Part shown: positions 1-11,434 of the stretch, piece by piece
Layout: each line of letters starts with the position of its first letter
Numbering within the stretch: position 1 is the first letter of the stretch
Source of the DNA: an uncultured archaeon
GTDB lineage: Archaea; Aenigmatarchaeota; Aenigmatarchaeia; Aenigmatarchaeales; DAIDAN01
DNA length: 64,000 nucleotides
NCBI GenBank assembly: GCA_964545795.1
Contig: CAZJGC010000001.1
Location: forward strand, 6,585 to 70,584
Direction: 5' to 3'
Notes under the pieces: model-generated
What the model was told of the DNA's origin: nothing
Database searches by the model: none
Seen by the model: only the letters and a program-made list of their open reading frames with translations
Program-made: the position numbers and the translations under genes

Positions 1-8
1 ACGGATTT

Positions 9-2729
9 GTGCAGAGGCAGACAATAGAGAGAAAGAAAGACGGCTCAATTGTGATATCATTTGCTAACTTAAAGAGGCTGCCTGTTTTTGTTTTGCTGAA
101 GCTTCTTGGTATGGAATCCGATAAAGATATAATAGAAGCCGTGTCTGCAAATGTTCCTGAAGATGTCAAAGATAAGTTCCTTAACGAAATTTATTCTAAT
201 TTGTATGCTCTGGATGTTGCAACAAAGAGTGATGCTTATGAGTTTGTTGGAAAACACATGAAAATTATTCAAAAAGAGTATGTGAAAGAAAGAGTTGATG
301 CTTTATTGGACAGATACTGCGTTCCGCATCTCGGGCAGGAACAGAAAAATAGAAAGGAAAAAGCAATATATTTGGCAACTGCCGTAAGAAAACTTATTCT
401 TTTTGCTCTTAATAAAATTCCAAAAGATGACCTTGACCATTATACCAACAAAAGGCTTAAGACTTCAGGAAAACTTCTGGAGCTTTTGTTCAGGTCTATG
501 TTGATTGGAAGATGGGGTTTGATTGCAAGAGTAAATTATAACTATCAGAAACTTGCGAAAAGAGGCAAACTGCCTTCAGTGCAGACTATTGTTGAATCAA
601 ATGTTATAACAAATCAGTTAATATCTTCTATGGGGACAGGTTCATGGGTGGGAGGAAGAAGCGGCGTAAGCCAGAGGCTTGGTCGCGAAAATTTTGTATC
701 AGCCCTTTCGCATATCAGAACAGTAAGTTCTCCATTAACCTCAAGTCAGGAGCATTTTGAAGCAAGAGAACTTCATACAACGCAGTTTGGAAGATTATGC
801 CCTGCTGAAACTCCAGAAGGTCCTACAATAGGTCTTAGGAAATATATGGCTGCTCTTGCCGAGATTACAAGCGATATTTCTGAACTTGAAAAGAAGAAAA
901 TAATTTCTGCTTTAAAGGTTGCTCCTCATGGCAAAAAGCCTTGCGCAGTATTTGTTGACGGCACTCCAATCGGAAGCGTTGAAGACGGCGAAAGCCTTGC
1001 AGTTGAACTAAGAAACAAGAGGCGTGCGGGGCTGTTAAGCAAACTTATGAATGTTGCTTATTATCCGCATCTTAATGAATTGAGAATTAATACTGATGCA
1101 GGCAGATTAAGAAGACCGCTTGTGATAATAGACGGAGAACCAAAGTTAAAGCAGGAGCACATTGATAAAATAAAGGAAGGCATAATGTCATGGAATGATC
1201 TTATTGAAGGAGGCATAATAGAGTATCTGGATGCTGAAGAAGAAGAAAATGCTCTTGTATGCATTTCTGAGGAGTATCTTAACAAAGAGAAATATACTCA
1301 TATGGAAATTTCTTCCATGTCGCCTCTTGGTTTGTCGGCATCGCTTGTTCCTTTCCCGGAATACAACAGAGGAGACCGCGTAAACTATGGAGCAAAAATG
1401 ATGAAACAGTCTGTTGGTTTGTATGCTTCTAATTATTATTTAAGGAGCGATACAAAATCAAATATTCTTAATTATCCGCAGGTTCCTATAGTTGAAACAG
1501 AAACAGTTAATGCCGCAGGCATAACAAAACATCCTGCAGGGCAGAACGTTGTTATAGCAATTGTAACTTATCACGGGTATAATATGGAAGACGCTATTGT
1601 TATGAATAAGGCGTCTATAGAACGCGGTTTATTCAGGTCAACATTTTTCCGTTTCTATTCAGGAGAAGAGAAAAGGTATTGGGGTGGACAGGAAGATTTA
1701 ATATCAATACCTGATAAAGATGTTCGGGGTTATAGAAGCGAAGAAGCGTATGCTCATCTTGGAGAAGATGGCATAGTTAATCCTGAGCATAAAATAAAGG
1801 GAGGAGATGTATTGGTAGGAAGGACTTCTCCTTTAAGATTTGTAAGCGCCGATTCTGAACTCATGGCTGGCATAATAAATAGACGCGAAACTTCAATATG
1901 CATAAAGCATGGAGAAGAAGGCATAGTAGACAGAGTGTTTATTACAGAGTCAAAGGATGGAAACAAGCTTGTTAAGATATGCGTGAGAGATGAGAGAATA
2001 CCCGAAATTGGAGATAAGTTTGCTTCAAGGCACGGGCAAAAGGGCGTGATAGGTTTAATAGCAAATGAAGAAGACATGCCTTTCACAGCGAATGGCATTG
2101 TTCCTGACATTCTTATTAATCCTCATAGTTTTCCTTCAAGGCAAACTGTTGGTCAACTTTTGGAAACTCTCGGAGGCAAGGCGGCAGCGGTTTCAGGAAG
2201 AAAAGTGAATGCATCTGCATTTATAGGCGCAAATGAAAATGAGTTAAGGGAAATTCTTAAGCAGGCTGGTTTCAGGAGTGATGGAAAGGAAATAATGTAT
2301 TCAGGAGTTACAGGAGAAAAATTTGAGGTTGAGATATTTGTTGGTGTAACATATTATCAGAAACTTTATCATATGGTGGCTGACAAAATACAGGCTCGGG
2401 CAAGAGGGCCTGTTACTTTGCTTACAAAACAGCCGACAGAAGGGCGTGCAAAGGAGGGAGGATTAAGGCTCGGGGAAATGGAAAAGGATTGTTTAATTGC
2501 TCATGGCGCTGTTCTGGCTTTGAAGGAGAGATTCAGTTCAGACAAGGTAGTAGTTCCTGTGTGCAAGGAGTGTGGGTTAGTGGCAATGAAAAATAAATTA
2601 AAAAACAAGCATGTTTGTCCTTTGTGCAAGTCCTCAGAAATCGTGCACGTTGAAGCCGCTTATGCATTTAAACTTTTGCTTGATGAACTCAGAACCATGC
2701 TGATATATCCAAAACTTAATGTTGAATAG
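9..2729 (+). CDS. rpoB: DNA-directed RNA polymerase subunit B (C-terminal part / B'); 5' end lies outside the window
   Basis: 906-aa ORF open at the window edge. It carries the conserved RpoB C-terminal region (GDKFASRHGQKG, the C-terminal Zn-binding CxxC...CxxC) and is followed directly by rpoA1 and rpoA2 in the canonical archaeal order. Confidence 0.9.
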   Translation: MQRQTIERKKDGSIVISFANLKRLPVFVLLKLLGMESDKDIIEAVSANVPEDVKDKFLNEIYSNLYALDVATKSDAYEFVGKHMKIIQKEYVKERVDALLDRYCVPHLGQEQKNRKEKAIYLATAVRKLILFALNKIPKDDLDHYTNKRLKTSGKLLELLFRSMLIGRWGLIARVNYNYQKLAKRGKLPSVQTIVESNVITNQLISSMGTGSWVGGRSGVSQRLGRENFVSALSHIRTVSSPLTSSQEHFEARELHTTQFGRLCPAETPEGPTIGLRKYMAALAEITSDISELEKKKIISALKVAPHGKKPCAVFVDGTPIGSVEDGESLAVELRNKRRAGLLSKLMNVAYYPHLNELRINTDAGRLRRPLVIIDGEPKLKQEHIDKIKEGIMSWNDLIEGGIIEYLDAEEEENALVCISEEYLNKEKYTHMEISSMSPLGLSASLVPFPEYNRGDRVNYGAKMMKQSVGLYASNYYLRSDTKSNILNYPQVPIVETETVNAAGITKHPAGQNVVIAIVTYHGYNMEDAIVMNKASIERGLFRSTFFRFYSGEEKRYWGGQEDLISIPDKDVRGYRSEEAYAHLGEDGIVNPEHKIKGGDVLVGRTSPLRFVSADSELMAGIINRRETSICIKHGEEGIVDRVFITESKDGNKLVKICVRDERIPEIGDKFASRHGQKGVIGLIANEEDMPFTANGIVPDILINPHSFPSRQTVGQLLETLGGKAAAVSGRKVNASAFIGANENELREILKQAGFRSDGKEIMYSGVTGEKFEVEIFVGVTYYQKLYHMVADKIQARARGPVTLLTKQPTEGRAKEGGLRLGEMEKDCLIAHGAVLALKERFSSDKVVVPVCKECGLVAMKNKLKNKHVCPLCKSSEIVHVEAAYAFKLLLDELRTMLIYPKLNVE

Positions 2730-2732
2730 TAA

Positions 2733-5225
2733 GTGATTGATATGATTAAGTCAATTGAATTTAAAATATTTTCGCCTGAAATGATAAAGAAGATGTCAGT
2801 TGTTGAAATAACAAGGCCTGAACTCTATGATAACGATGGTTTCCCCATAGAAAACGGAGTTATGGATCCAAAACTTGGAGTTATTGACCCGGGCATGAGA
2901 TGCAGAACATGCGGAAACACTGTTGGAGATTGTCTTGGGCATTTTGGGCACATAGAACTTGTGAAACCTATAACTCATGTTTTATATATAAAGACAATAT
3001 ACAAATTGCTTAAAATTACATGCAGGGAATGCGGCAGATTGCTTTCAAAGGAAAAGAAACCTGTCAAGAAATGCAGACATTGCGGGGCTGAGCAGGGCGA
3101 TATAAAACTTGAAAAGCCGACTACAATAATTGAAAACAAAAAAGTTCTTAATCAGATAAAAATAAGAGAGAGGTTGGAAAAAATACCTGATGAGGATTTG
3201 GAGGAAATAGGTTTTAGAGGAGGGAGGCCTGAATGGCTGATTCTAACTGTATTTCCTGTTCCTCCTGTGACAATGAGACCTTCTATAACGCTTGAAACAG
3301 GAAACAGAAGCGAAGATGACCTTACGCATAAGCTTGTTGACATAGTAAGAATAAATCAGTTGCTAAAGGAAAACATTATGATTGGCGCTCCTGATTTCAT
3401 TATTGATGACTTATGGGAGCTTCTCCAGTATCATGTATCCACATTCTTTGACAATGAAATAACAGGAGTTCCGCATGCAAGCCATAGGTCAGGAAGACCT
3501 TTGAGAACTCTTGCGCAGAGATTGAAGACAAAAGACGGAAGGTTCAGACAGAACTTGACAGGAAAAAGAGTTAATTTTTCATCAAGAACAGTTATCTCTC
3601 CTGACTGCAATATAAGCATTAATGAAGTTGGAGTTCCGCTTGTAGTGGCTAAAGTTGTTACAGTTCCTGTTGTTGTGAATAAGAACAATATAGAATATTT
3701 AAGGAAACTTGTTTCTAATGGCGAGACATGGCCTGGAGCAAGCTATGTAATAAGGCCTGATGGAAGAAAAAAGAAAATAACATCAGAAAATGCAAGCGAG
3801 ATAGCGTCAGAGATTGATGTCGGTTATGTTGTGGAAAGGCATTTGCAGGATGGAGACATAGTATTGTTCAACAGACAGCCATCGCTTCACAGAATGAGCA
3901 TTATGGCTCATCATGCGCGCATAACTCCTTGGCGGACATTTACATTGAATCTTTCTGTATGCGCTCCATATAATGCTGATTTTGATGGAGATGAAATGAA
4001 TTTGCATGTGCTTCAGACAGAAGAAGCGCGAGCGGAAGCAATAATGCTTATGGAGGTTCAGAGGCACATACGTTCTCCAAGGTTCGGAGGTCCTATAATT
4101 GGTTGTTCTCAAGACCATATTTCAGGAACATACATGCTTACAAGAAAGACTACAAAATTATCCCGTGAGGAAGTTTTCCAGATTATGTCAGAAATAGGAG
4201 CAGATGTTGAGGTTCCAGACAAAAAAACATTTACAGGAAAAGAAGTATTCAGCCTTATATTGCCTAAGGGGCTTAACATGGAGTTCAAGGCAAAGGCATG
4301 CAGGGGATGCAGGGCATGCAAGAAAACATCATGCGAATATGATGCGTATGTTTCAATAAAGAATGGACAGTTGAAAACAGGGTTAATAGATAAAAAAGCA
4401 ATAGGAGGAGAACATGGAAAAATTATTGATGTAATAGAAAAAACATATGGCACAGAAGTTGTTCACAGATTCATAGATAAAGTTGGTCTTCTTGGAATTA
4501 AGTATCTGTTGAAAACAGGATTTACCTTTGGATTAGATGATATTGATATATCTGAACATTCTGTAAATGAAATAAAGGAAAAGGTAAATGAATTAAAGAA
4601 GGATGTTTCAGTTGTGATATCTGATGCTGAGAAAGGAAAGGTTGAACTGATTCCGGGAAGAAATGCAAGAGAGAGTGTTGAGACGCATATAATGCGCATT
4701 CTTTCAAAGTCAATGGATGCTGCCGAGTCAGTGATATCCAAAGAACTGGTAGAAAACTGCGCAGTAGTTATGGCGCGTTCCGGAGCAAGAGGAGGAATTG
4801 CGCACCTTGTCCAGATGGCTGGTTTGGTTGGTCAGGAAAAGGTGCTTGGAGAAAGAATACATAGAGGATACTTTAACAGAACTCTTTCGCATTTCAGGCA
4901 GGATGAACTTTCTCCTGAGGCTCATGGATTTGTTACAAACTCTTATAAATCTGGTTTGAATGTTTTTGAGTTCTTCTTTAATTCAATGTCTGGTCGTGAG
5001 AACCTGATGGACAAGTCATTGAAGACAAAGCATTCTGGATACTTGGAGAGAAGGCTTATGAATGCATTGCAGGACTTGAGGGTTGAATATGATATGACAG
5101 TCAGAGATAACAGGGGAGTGATTATACAATTTAAGCCGGGAGAAGATGGAATAGACCCTGCAAAATCTGAGTGGGGAATGCTTGATGTAAGAACTATAAT
5201 TCAGAATATGATGAATAAGCAGTAG
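2733..5225 (+). CDS. rpoA1: DNA-directed RNA polymerase subunit A'
   Basis: 830 aa. N-terminal Zn-ribbon ([17 protein letters not shown]) and the catalytic [10 protein letters not shown] motif; sits between rpoB and rpoA2. Confidence 0.92.
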   Translation: MIDMIKSIEFKIFSPEMIKKMSVVEITRPELYDNDGFPIENGVMDPKLGVIDPGMRCRTCGNTVGDCLGHFGHIELVKPITHVLYIKTIYKLLKITCRECGRLLSKEKKPVKKCRHCGAEQGDIKLEKPTTIIENKKVLNQIKIRERLEKIPDEDLEEIGFRGGRPEWLILTVFPVPPVTMRPSITLETGNRSEDDLTHKLVDIVRINQLLKENIMIGAPDFIIDDLWELLQYHVSTFFDNEITGVPHASHRSGRPLRTLAQRLKTKDGRFRQNLTGKRVNFSSRTVISPDCNISINEVGVPLVVAKVVTVPVVVNKNNIEYLRKLVSNGETWPGASYVIRPDGRKKKITSENASEIASEIDVGYVVERHLQDGDIVLFNRQPSLHRMSIMAHHARITPWRTFTLNLSVCAPYNADFDGDEMNLHVLQTEEARAEAIMLMEVQRHIRSPRFGGPIIGCSQDHISGTYMLTRKTTKLSREEVFQIMSEIGADVEVPDKKTFTGKEVFSLILPKGLNMEFKAKACRGCRACKKTSCEYDAYVSIKNGQLKTGLIDKKAIGGEHGKIIDVIEKTYGTEVVHRFIDKVGLLGIKYLLKTGFTFGLDDIDISEHSVNEIKEKVNELKKDVSVVISDAEKGKVELIPGRNARESVETHIMRILSKSMDAAESVISKELVENCAVVMARSGARGGIAHLVQMAGLVGQEKVLGERIHRGYFNRTLSHFRQDELSPEAHGFVTNSYKSGLNVFEFFFNSMSGRENLMDKSLKTKHSGYLERRLMNALQDLRVEYDMTVRDNRGVIIQFKPGEDGIDPAKSEWGMLDVRTIIQNMMNKQ

Positions 5226-6376
5226 TGATTGTTATGAGTGAAGAAAATATTAAACAGGAAATTGAGTTGCCTCCAAAGATACTGAAAGATATTGAAAAGG
5301 TGTTTAGTGAATTAAAGCCAAGCGAGGCTCAGAAAAAGAAGATAATTGAGAGAGTAAAAGAAGTATATAAGAAGTCTTTATATGAACCGGGAGAAGCCAT
5401 AGGAATTGTAACAGCTCAAAGCATTTCAGAACCGGGCACTCAGATGACAATGAGGAGTTATCATCTTGCAGGCGCGGTTGAGATTAAAGTAACGCAGGGT
5501 TTGCCAAGGCTTATAGAAATTTTTGACGCCAGAAAAACTCCAACAACCCCTACAATGACAATCTACTTGAAGAAGGAGTATAATTCAATGAAAGATGCAA
5601 AACGCCTTGTGGCTAAAATACGCGAAACAAGATTGGGTGATATTCTTGAAAATTCTTCAATAGATATTGTAAATATGACAATAGAATTTGTTTTGTCTGA
5701 AAAGAAGATGAAGGATATTTCAATAACCAGAGAGCATCTTGTTGAGAAGCTTAAAGAAATAAAAAATATAAGTATATCTAACAGGGCAAAGTCCATAGTA
5801 GTAAAGCCGAAAACGGAAATGTCAATAAAAGAACTTCAGAAGTTGAAATTTAAAATAATGGAGACATATATAAAAGGAGTTAAAGGAATTGAACAGGGAA
5901 TTGTTCATGAGGAAGATAATGAATGGGTTATAAAAACTTTGGGAAGCAACCTGAAGGAGATAATCAAATTTAAGGAAGTTGACTGCAAGAGAATTGCGAC
6001 AAACAACATTTTTGAAATATTGGATGTTTTTGGAGTTGAAGCCGCGCGTTCCGCCATAGTGAATGAAACAATGAAGACATTGAAAGACCAGGGTCTTAAT
6101 GTTGACATAAGGCATATTTTGCTTCTGGCTGATTTAATGACAGTGGACGGCACAATTATGTCTATAGGAAGGTATGGATTGGCAGGGTCAAAAGGTTCTG
6201 TTCTTGCAAGGGCTAATTTTGAAGAGACAATAAAGCATCTTATAGGTGCATCTGTTGTCGGAGAAGTTGACAGGTTGAACAGTGTAGTTGAAAATGTAAT
6301 GATAAACCAGGTAGTGCCTATAGGCACAGGCATGTTTGACCTTATTTATCAGCCAAAGAAAAAGAAAAGAATTTAA
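5225..6376 (+). CDS. rpoA2: DNA-directed RNA polymerase subunit A''
   Basis: 383 aa. Overlaps the rpoA1 stop and continues the Rpb1 C-terminal homology (trigger-loop region [12 protein letters not shown]...). Confidence 0.88.
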   Translation: MIVMSEENIKQEIELPPKILKDIEKVFSELKPSEAQKKKIIERVKEVYKKSLYEPGEAIGIVTAQSISEPGTQMTMRSYHLAGAVEIKVTQGLPRLIEIFDARKTPTTPTMTIYLKKEYNSMKDAKRLVAKIRETRLGDILENSSIDIVNMTIEFVLSEKKMKDISITREHLVEKLKEIKNISISNRAKSIVVKPKTEMSIKELQKLKFKIMETYIKGVKGIEQGIVHEEDNEWVIKTLGSNLKEIIKFKEVDCKRIATNNIFEILDVFGVEAARSAIVNETMKTLKDQGLNVDIRHILLLADLMTVDGTIMSIGRYGLAGSKGSVLARANFEETIKHLIGASVVGEVDRLNSVVENVMINQVVPIGTGMFDLIYQPKKKKRI

Positions 6377-6409
6377 ATATTGATTTTAATAAGAAATAAA
6401 GTGATTTTA

Positions 6410-6685
6410 ATGAATGCGAGCGATATATCTTCAGAAATAAAAACAGCTCTTGCTGAGAATAAGGCTGTTATAGGTGCAAATTCTGTAAAGAAGATGCTTA
6501 GAGCAGGCAGACTTAAGGTTGTTGTTCTTGCATCAAATTGCCCTGAAAATATTAAGGATGACATTATGCACTATTCTAAATTAGCGGCGGCAAAGGTAGA
6601 AAACTTTGAGTCCACAGGAAAAGAGCTTGGTATAATCTGCGGAAAACCCTTTTCAATAGCTGTTCTTGGAATAAGGCAGAGTTGA
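6410..6685 (+). CDS. rpl30e: 50S ribosomal protein L30e
   Basis: Typical L30e sequence (LRAGRLKVVVLASNCPENIKDDI). Placed after rpoA2 as in archaeal rpo operons. The longest ORF starts at 6380; the internal Met at 6410 fits family length better. Confidence 0.8.
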   Translation: MNASDISSEIKTALAENKAVIGANSVKKMLRAGRLKVVVLASNCPENIKDDIMHYSKLAAAKVENFESTGKELGIICGKPFSIAVLGIRQS

Positions 6686-6689
6686 TGAT

Positions 6690-7088
6690 ATGAGAATTTT
6701 TGACACAAATACAATAAAAGTTATATCTGCTTTTGAGAAATTAACTCGTTCTGAAGTAAGGGATTGCATAATTAATGAGAATTCAATTTATTTTCTTGTT
6801 AATAAAGGAAAAATGGGGCTTACTATAGGCAAGGGCGGAAAGACAATTAAGTCAGCGGAAAAATTATTTAAGAAGCAGATAAAAGTTTTTGAATATTCTC
6901 CTGATCAGGAGGAGTTTGTAAAAAATCTTATGCCTCAGGCAAGCAAAATAGAAATTAAAGGAAGCAAAGTTGTTGTGTCTGCTGGAAACAAACGCGGAAT
7001 ATTGATAGGCAAGAACGGTTTAAATATAAAATGCATAAAAATACTGTTGGAGCGCAATTCCGATATAAAAAAACTTGAAGTTAAATAG
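6690..7088 (+). CDS. nusA: NusA-like transcription termination/antitermination factor (two KH domains)
   Basis: 132 aa with two GxxG KH-type motifs (GKGGKTIK, GKNGLNIK). Archaeal NusA position after L30e. Confidence 0.8.
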   Translation: MRIFDTNTIKVISAFEKLTRSEVRDCIINENSIYFLVNKGKMGLTIGKGGKTIKSAEKLFKKQIKVFEYSPDQEEFVKNLMPQASKIEIKGSKVVVSAGNKRGILIGKNGLNIKCIKILLERNSDIKKLEVK

Positions 7089-7097
7089 ATAAGAAAA

Positions 7098-8303
7098 TTA
7101 CTTTTTAAGCTTTGAAAAGTTAAATTCCTTGATAAATTTGTCTATTTCTGATTCATTTACATAAGAAAGATTTTCCATTGCCGAATGTTCAAATTTTTTT
7201 GCAAATAATTCTGAAGGCAGCCATTGCCACATATCATATTTCCCTAATTTTAATGTGCATAAGTCAATCCAATATTCATTAGATGTATTAATTCCTTCTT
7301 TTTCACATATTTCCCTTGCTTGTTTATTTAATTTTTCATTCATGCCGGGAATGCTGTCTGCATACGAGTGTCCTGCTTCATGCGCTAATACTCTGATAAT
7401 GTTTTTAACATAGTTATTGTTGACGGGCTCAACCGTTTCTACATTTATAGCAACTATACCGTCTTTAAAGTATGCTCCACTAACTGGCAAGTATCTCAAT
7501 GAAAAATCTTTGGATTTTGCAAATATTGTTTTTGTATTATTTCGTATAAACTCGTAATCAGGCGGGCTGTATTTCTTTGCAAATTCAAAAGCCATGACAA
7601 TTTTTTCCTGAAAATACTCTGGGCCTTCTATTTTTATTCCATTATAGTTGATAGGTTCAGCGAATGTTTTTAGGAAATTTTCATCTCTTTTCGCTTGTCT
7701 GGATTTGACCTCTATTTCAGTTTCAGCAACGCTAATTTTGCCTTTGTCATCTTTCACATTAAGTATTATGTGATAAGTACGAAACCATGGAGCGTTTTTT
7801 AATACCGGAATTCTTTTCTTGAATATAGGACTTGTCGTAACCTCTGCTTCAGATTTTTTATTTAACTCGGGAATATACCAACTATATTCAACTATTTCTC
7901 CGTCAGGATCATAACTTTTGCTTGCATTAAACACAAATGTTTCTCCTTCAACCCAATCCAAAGGAGCATCTATCTTTATTTTAGCAACAGGTGGTTCGTT
8001 TGATAAATTTTGGTAAGTTAAGTTGTCTGTCTTCGCAGGAGTATTAGAAGTATTGTTTGATTTATAAATTTCATACATTTCATTAATTTTTGAAATATTG
8101 TTAGCAGTGATAGGAGGAGCAGTAGGGACCGACATCAAAATTTCAGATTTTGCATTTTCTATTTTATGGTCAACAGAATCTGCAAAATCTTTATTGTATT
8201 CATTAACCCCAATTGCCCCTGCATAAGCAGTTAATAAAGCAGCTGCGCTCAAATATGGATGTTTCTCTATCCAGTTAATTGCTTTGCCAAGAAGCCGGAA
8301 CAT
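7098..8303 (-). CDS. membrane-anchored PKD-domain protein with C-terminal HEXXH (zinc metallopeptidase-like) motif
   Basis: 401 aa. N-terminal hydrophobic anchor, a PKD-like segment (FNASKSYDPDGEIVEYSWYIPE) and LAHEAGHSY near the C-terminus. Paralogous to the adjacent gene. Confidence 0.65.
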   Translation of the reverse strand: MFRLLGKAINWIEKHPYLSAAALLTAYAGAIGVNEYNKDFADSVDHKIENAKSEILMSVPTAPPITANNISKINEMYEIYKSNNTSNTPAKTDNLTYQNLSNEPPVAKIKIDAPLDWVEGETFVFNASKSYDPDGEIVEYSWYIPELNKKSEAEVTTSPIFKKRIPVLKNAPWFRTYHIILNVKDDKGKISVAETEIEVKSRQAKRDENFLKTFAEPINYNGIKIEGPEYFQEKIVMAFEFAKKYSPPDYEFIRNNTKTIFAKSKDFSLRYLPVSGAYFKDGIVAINVETVEPVNNNYVKNIIRVLAHEAGHSYADSIPGMNEKLNKQAREICEKEGINTSNEYWIDLCTLKLGKYDMWQWLPSELFAKKFEHSAMENLSYVNESEIDKFIKEFNFSKLKK

Positions 8304-8315
8304 GACGTTTACCTC

Positions 8316-9857
8316 TTAGTTTTTGAATTTTGAGAAGTCAAACTCAAAAAGGAATTTGTTTATTTCTTCATCAGTTATATGCGAGAGATTTTCTCTTGCT
8401 GTTTTGGAAAATTTTTCGGCATATAATTCAGGAGGATACCAGTCCTTATAACTTGATTCGCCAAGTTTTTTTGTGCATAAATCTATCCAGTATGATTTAG
8501 ACAAATCTGTTCCATGACTTCTGCACATATCCTTTGCTTCGTTAATTAATTTTTTCTTTAACTCTGGGTTGTGTTCTATATAGGAGTGTCCTGCTTCATG
8601 GGCGAGTTTGTCCAAGAAAGTATTGAAAAGATGTCTTTCTCTCAATATAGCGTATTTTGAATTTATAGGAGTTATTGAGTTTTTGGCATAATCAGATATA
8701 TCAGTTATATGGCTTTTTATTTTGAATGTTCTTGGTTTTGCAACTATTATTTTTGTATTTTCATGAATAAACTTATAGTCGTCAGGATTGTATTTCTTTG
8801 TAAAGTCAAGGGTCATTACCACGCTTTCTTGAAATCTTTCAGGACCTTTTATAATTATTCCGTCATACTTGACAGCATCTGCAAATGTTCTTGAAAATTT
8901 TTCATCACTTTCTGAAAACACGGATTTTAGCTGAATTTCGGCTTTGTCAGTGCCTATGCTGTTATTTTCATCCTTTACTCTGAGTGTTATGCGGTAATTA
9001 TGAATTTTTGGAGAATTTCTTGTTGCAGGAAGTTCTTTTTCAAAGAAAGGTTTTTCTGTTATGACAGTTTCTTTATATAGTTTTCCGTCTGTAATGTTCC
9101 ATATATATTCCACTATTTTTCCATCAGGGTCATAACTTTCGTTTGCGCTGAATAGAAGCGGTTTTCCTTCAACCCATCCGTATGGAGCTTCTATCTTCAT
9201 TTTGGCGACAGGCGGTTTGTTTGACAGTTTTTTTGTTGTGTTGTCTGCTTCCGCATAACTAATATTGCGGGTTTTCCCTGTCTCGTTAACTTTTAAAGTA
9301 TTGTTATAAGCGGGTGTAGGAGAAGCAGTTGGGGTTGAGAGTAAAATCTCTGATTTTGCTTTTGCTATTCCATTATCAACAGCATTGTTTGCAGAATCTT
9401 TATTATTTAAGTATTGGTTGACTCCTATTGCTCCTGCATATGTTGCCAGCAAGGCACCAGCGCTTAAATACGGATGTTTTTCTATCCAGTTGATTACCCT
9501 GCCAAGAAATCCTTTTCCGCCGGTTTCATGCCCTGTTTCTGCTGTTTCAAAAAAACCAAGAACAGCATTTTCATCTTTTATGAAATTCTTTTTCCTGCCT
9601 GTTCTCTCAATCACAACTGAAACATAATTTTCTGTTTCCCTTAGCCATGCATCGTTTTTGTTGTTTAATAAAAATGAGATTGGGTCAAAACCAATCTTAT
9701 TGTAAACAGAATCAATGTCTACTCCATATTCTTTTGCCTTCTGCTCTATTCTTGTTAGAGAGTCAAGAACCTGATTCTCATCGCTGTTATATCTTGCCTC
9801 AAAGTCATCAATGCGCGGATATTCCGCGCCGCTCACATATTTGACCATAGCGCTCAC
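8316..9857 (-). CDS. membrane-anchored PKD-domain protein with HEXXH motif (longer paralog with ~130-aa cytoplasmic N-extension)
   Basis: 513 aa. Same architecture (FSANESYDPDGKIVEYIWNITDG ... LAHEAGHSY) as the downstream gene. Shared N-terminal anchor sequence INWIEKHPYLSA. Confidence 0.65.
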   Translation of the reverse strand: MSAMVKYVSGAEYPRIDDFEARYNSDENQVLDSLTRIEQKAKEYGVDIDSVYNKIGFDPISFLLNNKNDAWLRETENYVSVVIERTGRKKNFIKDENAVLGFFETAETGHETGGKGFLGRVINWIEKHPYLSAGALLATYAGAIGVNQYLNNKDSANNAVDNGIAKAKSEILLSTPTASPTPAYNNTLKVNETGKTRNISYAEADNTTKKLSNKPPVAKMKIEAPYGWVEGKPLLFSANESYDPDGKIVEYIWNITDGKLYKETVITEKPFFEKELPATRNSPKIHNYRITLRVKDENNSIGTDKAEIQLKSVFSESDEKFSRTFADAVKYDGIIIKGPERFQESVVMTLDFTKKYNPDDYKFIHENTKIIVAKPRTFKIKSHITDISDYAKNSITPINSKYAILRERHLFNTFLDKLAHEAGHSYIEHNPELKKKLINEAKDMCRSHGTDLSKSYWIDLCTKKLGESSYKDWYPPELYAEKFSKTARENLSHITDEEINKFLFEFDFSKFKN

Positions 9858-9899
9858 ATATTTGCTATGGTTAATAAATTTTAAATATTTTTATTAAAC

Positions 9900-10397
9900 T
9901 TAAATTAATCCGCGCCCTTTTTTGCCTGCGGAAGTTAACCCGCGGTGCGCGCGCCCTCTTTTATTTGCTATCCAATTAATTTTCTTGTCAGCCTTTATTA
10001 CAGGATGGCTTCTGTCAACAAGTATAATTTCATACCATTTATATTTTCCTGATTCTCCAACATAGTATGAGTTAAGAACTTCCATATTTGGATATTTTTT
10101 TGATGCCCTTTCTTCTGCAACTCTTTTCAAACTTTTTGCAGGCGTTATTCTTGTTTTTCCTGCTTTAAGCGGTTTTCTTCCGCCGGAGGGAGTTTCCCTT
10201 TTGCTTACTCCTTTGTTTATCCTATATCTTACAATTATATAACCCTGTTTTGCTTTGTAGCCAAGTGCTCTTGCCCTGTCCAAGCGCGTTGGTCTTTCCA
10301 CTCTTACGCAGACAGGTTCTTTTGCCCAATTTATTACATTGAGCCTTCTTTGTTGCTTGTCTTTCCATGTGATTTTCAATTGGCTGTATAAACCCAT
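9900..10397 (-). CDS. rpl15e: 50S ribosomal protein L15e
   Basis: 165 aa, highly basic, matches the L15e family pattern (MGLYSQL...[10 protein letters not shown]...). Confidence 0.85.
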   Translation of the reverse strand: MGLYSQLKITWKDKQQRRLNVINWAKEPVCVRVERPTRLDRARALGYKAKQGYIIVRYRINKGVSKRETPSGGRKPLKAGKTRITPAKSLKRVAEERASKKYPNMEVLNSYYVGESGKYKWYEIILVDRSHPVIKADKKINWIANKRGRAHRGLTSAGKKGRGLI

Positions 10398-10442
10398 AGT
10401 ATCATCCTAACATAAATTATCGGAAAAGTTTATAAAGTTTTT

Positions 10443-11399
10443 TCATTCCAATTTTTTCCATGCTCCAAGTTTCTTTGATAATAATTTAAGTATGAAATTC
10501 TTAACAACTTGGCGTTTTTTCTTTTTTCCGTTTGCACTTCCTGCAAGGGAATGACCGCCACCGTTGCCTTCAAGGAACTTTCCAACTTCTATAAATATTT
10601 CAGACAGGTTAATTCCCTTTTCAAGTATCCTTTTGTTTCCTCTTGAAGATATTCTGGTTTCATTTTTTCTTTCTGCAATTACAATTCCTATGTCTGAACC
10701 TATTTTTAAAAGCAGTCTTGCGCCTATTGCTTCATGCGAAACAATATCTGAAAACGCTACAATAATATCGCCGAACCTGTAAGCGTCAATTCTCTTGGCG
10801 CATTTTATTGATACTATCCTTTCTGACAGAGTTTCTTCTGTTGTTATTATGTCCAAAACTTCGGAAAACTGTATGATTTTTGTTAGTTTCGCTAAGTCAG
10901 AAAAAACATCATTGTCAGCAAGTTTCAAGTGCGCTGTGTCTGCAACTATTCCTGCGCACAGCAATTTTGCCATGTTTTCATCTATTTCGCAGCCAAGGTT
11001 TTTTACTACCTTGTAAACAAGTTGCGCAGTGGATTTTGAATTTTCATTTATTAAACATACCGCACCTTCGCAGAGTTTGCTTCTCTTGTGATGGTCTATA
11101 ACAGCGTCTGCTCTCAGGTTTTTTACAGACGACAACTGCTCCGGAACAGATGTGTCAACAAGAACAATAAAATCAAATTTTGAACAATCAGGGTCTATTA
11201 AAATATCAAAGGGTTCTGACAGTTTTTTTGCCGCTTTTGATACTGATTCAGCAACGCCTATTGATGCCTTTATGCCTATCTTTCCAAGCGATTCTGCAAG
11301 CACAATGGCTGAAGCCGTTGCGTCAATATCTGCGTTATGATGCGCGAGCACAAGCACTTTTCCCTTTTGCTGTTTCAGTAATTCAATAAGTTTTTTCAT
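10443..11399 (-). CDS. DHH-family phosphoesterase (NrnA/RecJ-like)
   Basis: 318 aa with DHH motifs (LAHHNADIDATAS, VIDHHK) and a DHHA1-like C-terminal GGGH. Confidence 0.8.
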   Translation of the reverse strand: MKKLIELLKQQKGKVLVLAHHNADIDATASAIVLAESLGKIGIKASIGVAESVSKAAKKLSEPFDILIDPDCSKFDFIVLVDTSVPEQLSSVKNLRADAVIDHHKRSKLCEGAVCLINENSKSTAQLVYKVVKNLGCEIDENMAKLLCAGIVADTAHLKLADNDVFSDLAKLTKIIQFSEVLDIITTEETLSERIVSIKCAKRIDAYRFGDIIVAFSDIVSHEAIGARLLLKIGSDIGIVIAERKNETRISSRGNKRILEKGINLSEIFIEVGKFLEGNGGGHSLAGSANGKKKKRQVVKNFILKLLSKKLGAWKKLE

Positions 11400-11434
11400 A
11401 ACAAAAGTTAGATTAATATAAATAAGAAGTTTTG

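Noticed and set aside
69-6333. Many short antisense or out-of-frame ORFs inside rpoB, rpoA1 and rpoA2. The same applies inside other long genes such as ppsA, the P-type ATPase and valS.
   Set aside because: They are fully embedded in strongly supported long CDSs on the other strand or frame. This is typical of six-frame noise.
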